This document shows positions 57,517-64,000 of a DNA stretch of 64,000 nucleotides, one piece after another. The notes under the pieces were generated by a model that did no database searches, was not told the origin of the DNA, and saw only the letters and a program-made list of their open reading frames with translations. Made by a program: the position numbers and the translations under genes. Location of the stretch: the IMG/VR virus record IMGVR_UViG_3300025195_000023, positions 1 through 64,000 of that record; one strand, written 5' to 3'. This DNA is from a virus. Within the stretch, counting starts at the first letter, position 1. The number at the start of each line of letters is the position of its first letter.

Positions 57517-57684
57517 ATGACCGATGAACAATATCAAGTCATCCAGTCCCTACGGGATGAGGGCTATGCCGTCACCGTCTTTACCCCCGAAGAGCTGGCC
57601 AACACCGACTCCGGAGAATGCGAAGACCTTATGGTTGAGCGGGGCTGGGATTACATTCACCACAACAAAGACGAGGGAGAATAA
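57517..57684 (+). CDS. 55-aa acidic hypothetical protein (not in the ORF track)
   Basis: AGGA RBS; MTDEQYQVIQSLRDEGYAVTVFTPEEL..MVERGWD; TAATG overlap with the next gene. Confidence 0.7.
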   Translation: MTDEQYQVIQSLRDEGYAVTVFTPEELANTDSGECEDLMVERGWDYIHHNKDEGE

Positions 57685-57905
57685 TGCCCACCGTCAGCGA
57701 ACTCGCAGAACAGCAATACCCAGGCAAAGTCTTCGACACCGCATTACCCCAGCAGTGGGTTAAACGCATGACCGAACGTGGCTTCGATCCCCGTGGACAC
57801 TTCGTCACGCTGTATCCCACCTCCCCAATGCTGGGATTCTACATGGCACCAGTCACACCCCAAGGTGTGGAAATGGCTGCCCGCGTTTGTTCAATGGAGG
57901 CCTGA
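57684..57905 (+). CDS. Hypothetical protein
   Basis: GGAG RBS; start overlaps the upstream stop. Confidence 0.65.
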   Translation: MPTVSELAEQQYPGKVFDTALPQQWVKRMTERGFDPRGHFVTLYPTSPMLGFYMAPVTPQGVEMAARVCSMEA

Positions 57906-57908
57906 GCC

Positions 57909-58064
57909 ATGTGGATAGTCGTAGCCGGTAACCCAATGGACGGTATTACATTTTATGGCCCTTTTGACGATGGCAACTATGCCAACGACTGGGCCGAAGA
58001 CGAACTCAACAATACTGGTTGTGATTGGTGGGTTTCAGAACTCACACAGCCTGACCAGGAGTAA
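57909..58064 (+). CDS. 51-aa hypothetical protein (not in the ORF track)
   Basis: GGAGG RBS; MWIVVAGNPMDGITFYGPFDD..CDWWVSEL; stop lies 2 nt before the ligase start. Confidence 0.65.
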   Translation: MWIVVAGNPMDGITFYGPFDDGNYANDWAEDELNNTGCDWWVSELTQPDQE

Positions 58065-58066
58065 CT

Positions 58067-59173
58067 ATGAACCAGAACCACATCACCCTTTACCAGAACC
58101 ATGGCTCAGCAATAGGTTACTGGGAAGCCTGGGTTGAGCCGGATGGACTCGTCATGATCCAGTACGCAAGATCACTGGACGGTAAGCCTGTTCTGAAGCA
58201 ATACCAGGCCTACGCCAAGAACGTAGGTAAAGCCAACGCCACCACACCTTATGAGCAGGGTGTTCTGGAGATCCAGAGCAAAGCCCGTCGTAAGATGGAC
58301 AAGGGTTACGTACAGACCCTGGAAGAAGCCAAAGCTCCCAGCACCAATGCCATGGGCCTCCTCAAACCGATGCTGGCCACGCCCTTTGACAAGGTGAAAC
58401 CAGAAAAGATTGAGTGGGACCGTGCTTATGCCCAGCCCAAGCTGGACGGTCACCGAGCCCTGTACAAGGACGGTGTGCTGTACTCCCGTCAAGGCAAGAC
58501 CCTGAAGCTCCCACACATTCAGGACGCCATTAATCGTGCAGGCATTGGCCACATGCACCTGGACGGTGAGCTGTACATTCACGGCAAGTCCCTCCAGGAG
58601 ATCAGCAGCCTGGTGAAGAAGTATCAGCCTGAGTCCTACAAAGTCGAATATCACATCTACGATACGATTGACGACAAACCCTTTTCCCACCGGTTCAACC
58701 TGCTCAAGGCCTACGAATACGACTGGCTGGCCAGCTTACCTCTCAAACTGGTCGAGACCTGTCCGATCAGTGATGTAGAGGGTTTGATGACTTTACACAG
58801 TCAATTCCGGGCAGAAGGGTACGAAGGTACTATGCTCCGCCACAGTGATGAAGGTTACCAACATGGTAAGCGAGCCAGAACACTGCTGAAGCTCAAAGAG
58901 TTCCACGATGCCGAGTTCACCGTTGTGGACTACGAACAAGGCAAGCCCTACATCACCGATGAAGGCGTCTTCAATGTTCCGGTCTGGATCTGTGATGCAG
59001 GCAATGGCAAGACCTTCAATGTGACTGCACCAGGCAACATGCACGAGAAAGACGCTCAGTGGCGTGGTGTGAACAGCTACATCGGCAAACCTCTCACCGT
59101 CAAATACCACTACCTCAGTAAGGACGGTATCCCACAACTACCCGTCGCACTCCGCTTCCGCGAGGACGTGTGA
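58067..59173 (+). CDS. ATP-dependent DNA ligase
   Basis: PMLA, QPKLDGHRA (motif I), LDGELY, EGYEGTML, LLKLK and KDGIPQLP motifs. Confidence 0.93.
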   Translation: MNQNHITLYQNHGSAIGYWEAWVEPDGLVMIQYARSLDGKPVLKQYQAYAKNVGKANATTPYEQGVLEIQSKARRKMDKGYVQTLEEAKAPSTNAMGLLKPMLATPFDKVKPEKIEWDRAYAQPKLDGHRALYKDGVLYSRQGKTLKLPHIQDAINRAGIGHMHLDGELYIHGKSLQEISSLVKKYQPESYKVEYHIYDTIDDKPFSHRFNLLKAYEYDWLASLPLKLVETCPISDVEGLMTLHSQFRAEGYEGTMLRHSDEGYQHGKRARTLLKLKEFHDAEFTVVDYEQGKPYITDEGVFNVPVWICDAGNGKTFNVTAPGNMHEKDAQWRGVNSYIGKPLTVKYHYLSKDGIPQLPVALRFREDV

Positions 59174-59225
59174 ACAGGTGCCCATCCGGGCACCGTGTGA
59201 CTTTTAATCGCAGAAGGACATTCTT

Positions 59226-60272
59226 ATGGGAATGGCAGTCAGTCTACCGGATGCCCGGCAGATGATTGAACAATGCCTACAGGCCCGGGTTACGCCCTTT
59301 TTGAAAGGCAGCCCAGGCTGTGGAAAATCCTCGCTCATCCACCAGATCGCGGAGGAGTACAACCTCATGGTCATTGACCTGAGATTGGCTACCGCAGATC
59401 CCACCGACCTGAACGGGTTCCCGGACATTGATCGTCAGCGCCGAAAGGCTGGCTACTTGCCCATGGATACGTTCCCGGTCGAAGGCGATGAGTTACCCAT
59501 CAACCCGAAAACCGGCAAACCTTACAGTGGTTGGCTGATTTTCCTCGACGAATTGCCACTGGCCGACAAGGCTGTACGCAAGGCGGCCTACAAGCTGATC
59601 CTGGATCGGATGGTTGGACAGTATCACCTGCACAAGCGTGTTGCCCTGGTTGCCGCAGGTAACCTGGATACCGACAACGCAGACGCCGGAGAACTGGACA
59701 ACACAGCCCTACAGTCCCGAATGGTTCACATGACCATGAAAGTAGACGTAGATGCCTGGTTGGACTGGGCCCGTACCCACGGTATCGACCACCGGATCAC
59801 CAGTTACATCAACTGGCGTCCGGACGTACTGTTCAAATTCAATCCAGACCATGACGACGAGACATTCGCCTGTCCACGGACCTGGGAATTCACCAGTCGT
59901 CTGATCAAGGATAAGCCGGTGCTTAACTGGCTGGATCGTGTCCTACTCAGTGGCACCATCTCTGAGGGCGTAGCCCGGGAGTTCTGTGGTTACACCGAAA
60001 TCCAGAATGACCTACCCGACCTCAAGACCATTCTGACCCGACCGGCCGATGTACCGGTACCGACCGAACCGGCAGTGTGCTGGGCATTGTCCGGCAAGCT
60101 GGGACACGAAGCCACTGAGAACAACATCGAGCAACTCATGAAGTTCATCACCCGGATCCCCAGGGAATTCCAGATGATCACCATGAGGGAAATACTCAAA
60201 CGAAACCATGGGATGGATCGGCACGACGCTGTCCAGCCCTGGTTGCTCGACAACGCTGAGGAGTTCTTCTAA
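59226..60272 (+). CDS. MoxR-like AAA+ ATPase (N4 gp24-like)
   Basis: GSPGCGKS, IFLDEL, VAAGN and CPRTWE motifs. Confidence 0.9.
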   Translation: MGMAVSLPDARQMIEQCLQARVTPFLKGSPGCGKSSLIHQIAEEYNLMVIDLRLATADPTDLNGFPDIDRQRRKAGYLPMDTFPVEGDELPINPKTGKPYSGWLIFLDELPLADKAVRKAAYKLILDRMVGQYHLHKRVALVAAGNLDTDNADAGELDNTALQSRMVHMTMKVDVDAWLDWARTHGIDHRITSYINWRPDVLFKFNPDHDDETFACPRTWEFTSRLIKDKPVLNWLDRVLLSGTISEGVAREFCGYTEIQNDLPDLKTILTRPADVPVPTEPAVCWALSGKLGHEATENNIEQLMKFITRIPREFQMITMREILKRNHGMDRHDAVQPWLLDNAEEFF

Positions 60273-60281
60273 GGAGACGCT

Positions 60282-61388
60282 ATGTCTGCCCACCAGAAGG
60301 CACTGGATCGTGCCAAGATCGCACTCATGTCCGACAAAAACTCGGGATTCATCACCACCGTGTGTTTCAACCTGAAGCACATCTGGGACAACAGTATCTC
60401 GACGGCCTGCACCAATGGATTGGTTATCCGGTACAACATTGACTTCTGGAACAGCCTGGACAAGGAGGAGCAGCTGTTCCTCCTGCTCCACGAAACCTGG
60501 CATGTGGCCTTTATGCACATGGCTCGCCTGAAGGAGCGTGATCCCCGCAAATGGAACATTGCCGCGGATTACGTCATCAACTACATGCTGGTTTCCCTGG
60601 GGTACAAGATGCCCAAGGGAGGCCTGTATGACGCTCAGTACGCGGATATGTCCACGGAGCAGGTATACAACCTACTTCCCGACGATCCAAAGGAAGACTT
60701 GCCTATGTCTGACCTGGAAGATCCCGGGGATTCCGATGACACCACACCAGAGCAGGCACAGGCCGAGATCGAGGATATCCTGGTCCGGGCCCACCTACAG
60801 TCACAGATGACCAACCGTCCCCCAGGCATGATGCCAGAGGAAATCCAGCTGTACATCAACAGCCTGATGAATCCGCAACTGCCCTGGAACCGGATCCTGA
60901 GCCGGTACGTTGCCCGTTTGAGTAAATCCGATTGGTCCTGGCGACGACCCAACCGCCGGTACTTCCCGGATCATTACCTGCCCTCGCAGTACAGCGAGAC
61001 GCTGTGTGATATCGCCATGGCCGGTGACATTTCCGGATCAGTATCTAACGAGACCTTCAAGCAGTACTTGTCGGAGGTCTACGCGGTGCTGCACAAGGAA
61101 AAACCCGAAACCCTTACCTTCATGCAGTTCGACACCACAATCAAACAGGTCGATGTGATCGAGGATCTACAGGACCTGATGAACGTGAAGCTGCATGGAC
61201 GTGGTGGTACGGACATTAACCCGGTCATCCAGTGGGTGGCTCAAAACAAACCCAGCCTGATGGTCATCCTGACCGATGGCCACTTCGACCTGGTCGAACC
61301 CAACCCCAAGGTGCCCATTATCTGGGCCATCAGTGACAACCCCAACTTCTCACCACCCTACGGCAAGGTGATTCACCTGCCATCCTGA
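60282..61388 (+). CDS. HExxH metallopeptidase-like plus VWA protein (N4 gp25/DUF2201-like)
   Basis: HETWH, WNIAADYVIN, DISGSV, GRGGTD and LTDG motifs. Confidence 0.9.
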   Translation: MSAHQKALDRAKIALMSDKNSGFITTVCFNLKHIWDNSISTACTNGLVIRYNIDFWNSLDKEEQLFLLLHETWHVAFMHMARLKERDPRKWNIAADYVINYMLVSLGYKMPKGGLYDAQYADMSTEQVYNLLPDDPKEDLPMSDLEDPGDSDDTTPEQAQAEIEDILVRAHLQSQMTNRPPGMMPEEIQLYINSLMNPQLPWNRILSRYVARLSKSDWSWRRPNRRYFPDHYLPSQYSETLCDIAMAGDISGSVSNETFKQYLSEVYAVLHKEKPETLTFMQFDTTIKQVDVIEDLQDLMNVKLHGRGGTDINPVIQWVAQNKPSLMVILTDGHFDLVEPNPKVPIIWAISDNPNFSPPYGKVIHLPS

Positions 61389-61399
61389 AGGAGCGCCTC

Positions 61400-62650
61400 A
61401 TGAGCGATTCGATTACCCTGACCGAAGGCCAGCAGAACGCTTTTGAGGCCTTTAAGAAATTCATCCTGAGTCCCAAGGACAATGTCTTTGTTCTTGAGGG
61501 CTACTCAGGCACCGGTAAAACCACCCTGGTTCGTCGCATCCTGGAGTTCATCCCCAAGCTCCAGAAGATGTACCGCACCGTGGCACCCCATGCCAAAAAC
61601 GACCTGAACATTGTTTTGACGGCCACCACCAACAAAGCCGCTGAAGCACTCTCCCAGATTGTCGGTGAGCCTGTCAGAACCATTCACGGGGCCATTGGCT
61701 TGCGTGTACACAAGGACTACAAAACCGGACAGACCCGGTTGGTTCCCCGACAGGGTGCTGATCCTGTGAGTGATTCCATCGTCTTTGTTGACGAAGCCAG
61801 CTATATCGACGAATCACTGCTCAAGTACATACTGGCTCGGTGCCAGAACTGCAAGATCGTGTTCATTGGCGATCCAGCTCAGTTGCTGAACGTTGGCTGC
61901 CAGAAGTCCCCGGTGTTCAACGACCGGTTCCCGACTGCCAAGCTGACTGAAGTGGTACGCCAGGCTGAGGGCAACCCCATCATTGCCATGGCCACCAGCT
62001 TCCGTAACACGGTCAACACCGGGAACTGGGAATCCTTGACGGTGGACGGGGTACACATCAAACACCTGCCCCGGGACGAGTTTGAGGATGCCATTATCCA
62101 AGAGTTCAACGACCCAACCTGGACACACAACCGATCCAAGGTACTGGCCTGGACCAACCGGTGCGTCATCAACTTCAACCACGCTATCCGCAAGTGTGTC
62201 CAAGGCACACCACAGATTCACGTAGGCGACTACGTAATCTGTAACCGCTTCATCTCAATCAAAAAATGCACCTTGAAGACCGATCAGCTATGCCGGGTAA
62301 CCGGTATGGGACCCCTGGAAACCCGACAAGATGTAGAGGGGCACAAAGTGCAATTGGACAACCGACACGTTGCATTCCTACCCAATGACCCCGACCAGAA
62401 AGAGCAAGCCATCAATAAGGCCCAGGCGGAAGATAACATCGCTGCCCTTCGCACGATGGATGAGTGGGTGGATTTACGGGCAGCGTATGCCTGCACCATC
62501 AACAAGTCTCAAGGCTCTACCTATGACAAGGTTTTCATTGACCTTGACGACGTCGCTCGATGCCGTGATGGGAACCAGATCGCACGGATGCTCTACGTAG
62601 CCGTGAGCCGAGCCAGAGAGACTGTGTACCTCACAGGAGACCTGGTATGA
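61400..62650 (+). CDS. Dda/RecD-like SF1B DNA helicase
   Basis: GYSGTGKT, FVDEAS, GDPAQL, EVVRQ, TINKSQGSTY and YVAVSRA motifs. Confidence 0.93.
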   Translation: MSDSITLTEGQQNAFEAFKKFILSPKDNVFVLEGYSGTGKTTLVRRILEFIPKLQKMYRTVAPHAKNDLNIVLTATTNKAAEALSQIVGEPVRTIHGAIGLRVHKDYKTGQTRLVPRQGADPVSDSIVFVDEASYIDESLLKYILARCQNCKIVFIGDPAQLLNVGCQKSPVFNDRFPTAKLTEVVRQAEGNPIIAMATSFRNTVNTGNWESLTVDGVHIKHLPRDEFEDAIIQEFNDPTWTHNRSKVLAWTNRCVINFNHAIRKCVQGTPQIHVGDYVICNRFISIKKCTLKTDQLCRVTGMGPLETRQDVEGHKVQLDNRHVAFLPNDPDQKEQAINKAQAEDNIAALRTMDEWVDLRAAYACTINKSQGSTYDKVFIDLDDVARCRDGNQIARMLYVAVSRARETVYLTGDLV

Positions 62651-63168
62651 CCACGGATATCACCTACGACCCAAAGACCAAGGCGCTCATCAAGGATCGG
62701 CTTTATGAGCACTTGTACGCCCCGGTCAAGGAGAGCTTCAACCAGCGACTGAAGACCATCATTGTCAAGAACTCCGTGCTTCACGGTAACGACCAACAGT
62801 GGTTGTCCTACAAGGGCGAGTACTACGCCATCGACCAGACACAACCCAGGCCACGGCCAATGAACCGGCTACATAAAGAGTTGACCAGTGTCATGAACGA
62901 GTATGTCAATGACCTGGAATACCTGAACCAGCAGGAATTGCCGTATGTCCTGGGCTTCATCAATAACGTTCTGAACTCCTCAAACAGCCTGCAGGACTAT
63001 TTCCGGATCTTCCCGGAATCCATTCATGGGCCCCTGAAGGATGTCGCAGACCGGTGTGCCTGTAAGGAAAACCGGCTGGCACCTGAGACTGTCAAGGAGA
63101 TCCAGCAAAAGAACCAGATCCCGATAGAATTGATGAAAAAACGTATGGTCCTGAACCTTCTAATTTAA
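62647..63168 (+). CDS. Hypothetical protein (N4 gp38-like)
   Basis: Syntenic between helicase and DNA polymerase. Confidence 0.75.
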   Translation: MTTDITYDPKTKALIKDRLYEHLYAPVKESFNQRLKTIIVKNSVLHGNDQQWLSYKGEYYAIDQTQPRPRPMNRLHKELTSVMNEYVNDLEYLNQQELPYVLGFINNVLNSSNSLQDYFRIFPESIHGPLKDVADRCACKENRLAPETVKEIQQKNQIPIELMKKRMVLNLLI

Positions 63169-63178
63169 GGAAACTATT

Positions 63179-64000
63179 GTGCGTCACATCATCTTTGAGG
63201 AGTCTGACTCCCATCCTATCGCCCTTCTGATCAAAAACACGGCCTTTAACCGTAACGAGATCGTGGCCAACTATGTGTCACCACTGGCACAGGCCGGGAT
63301 CCCGTCACGGGACGTCATTGCCTTGGACCTGGCTTACAACCAGGCAGGCAAGGCGCCGGTCAGTTTGATTAAGGAGTACCTGGCCGATCTGCTGCCTGCA
63401 CTGAGTAGTGTGGGTACCAAGATCATCTACTGTGCAGATGCCGCGTATTTCAAGCAGCTTACCGGCCTATCCAAGGCAGAGCCCCACCTGGGTTACGTCA
63501 AGGACTGCAAGTTAAAAGGCTACGAGGACATGCAAGTGATTCTCGGTGTGAACCACAAATCCCTGCTATACAACCCGGCCAATGAGCCCAAGCTGCTCAT
63601 GTCGGTCAACACGTTGATTGACACCATGGGTGGCCAGCACGAACCTCCCGGGAAGGACATCATCAAGCATGCTGTGTATGTGGACCATACCGATCTGAAC
63701 GCCGTCGAGAAAGTCCTGGAAGCCATCCAGGTCCATGACGAACTGACGGTAGATATCGAAACCTTCAGTTTGCGATTCAACGAGGCCGGTATTGCTACCA
63801 TCACGTTCTGTTGGGACGAACACTCTGGTGTGGCCTTTGCCGTGGATTATGAGCCATTGCCGGAGAAGAACGAGCACGGTGAGTACGGTCGTCAGATCGA
63901 CAACCAGCCGATCAAGGCCCTCCTGCGTCAGTTCTTTGAGTCCTACCGCGGCACCATGACCTGGCACAACAGTCCTTTCGATACCAAGGTGTTGATCTTT
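63179..64000 (+). CDS. DNA polymerase (N4 gp39-like, family A), 5' part truncated by the window end
   Basis: GTG start after AAGGA; MRHIIFEE; ExoI VDIETF and ExoII WHNSPFD; the frame is open to the window end. Confidence 0.88.
   Translation, partial: MRHIIFEESDSHPIALLIKNTAFNRNEIVANYVSPLAQAGIPSRDVIALDLAYNQAGKAPVSLIKEYLADLLPALSSVGTKIIYCADAAYFKQLTGLSKAEPHLGYVKDCKLKGYEDMQVILGVNHKSLLYNPANEPKLLMSVNTLIDTMGGQHEPPGKDIIKHAVYVDHTDLNAVEKVLEAIQVHDELTVDIETFSLRFNEAGIATITFCWDEHSGVAFAVDYEPLPEKNEHGEYGRQIDNQPIKALLRQFFESYRGTMTWHNSPFDTKVLIF

Noticed and set aside
57524-57763. ORF-track calls 57524-57763 and 57955-58137
   Set aside because: Alternative frames (57517-57684 and 57909-58064) have RBSs and tile cleanly with their neighbours.

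Overview
The window is about 64 kb of a circularly permuted N4-like podovirus (Schitoviridae) genome. It shows the N4 hallmarks: a 3701-aa virion RNA polymerase, a two-subunit RNAP II, and N4-type SSB, primase, portal, major capsid protein and terminase. Layout: 1-13.5 kb is a minus-strand holin and tail/receptor-binding module. 13.6-25.3 kb is plus-strand nucleotide metabolism and replication (thyX, nrdJ, nuclease, helicase-primase, Sak4, SSB, resolvase). 25.4-51.4 kb is minus-strand vRNAP, structural and packaging genes with a small plus-strand dUTPase insert. The probable physical genome end lies near 51.4-51.5 kb, followed by early genes, RNAP II, ligase, MoxR/VWA, helicase and the 5' part of the DNA polymerase. 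The most interesting signals not explained by genes are: (i) an intergenic element at 16.83-17.15 kb with two long hairpins on opposite strands, both capped by the same AGCGTAGCG GNA-type loop and flanking an AT-rich spacer, a candidate bidirectional single-strand priming origin; (ii) five covarying GAA-loop hairpin promoters for the vRNAP; (iii) a natural Tyr-to-Phe change in vRNAP motif B; (iv) a lectin-rich multi-fibre adsorption apparatus. All family assignments come from motifs recognised by eye and from synteny; no database searches were run.
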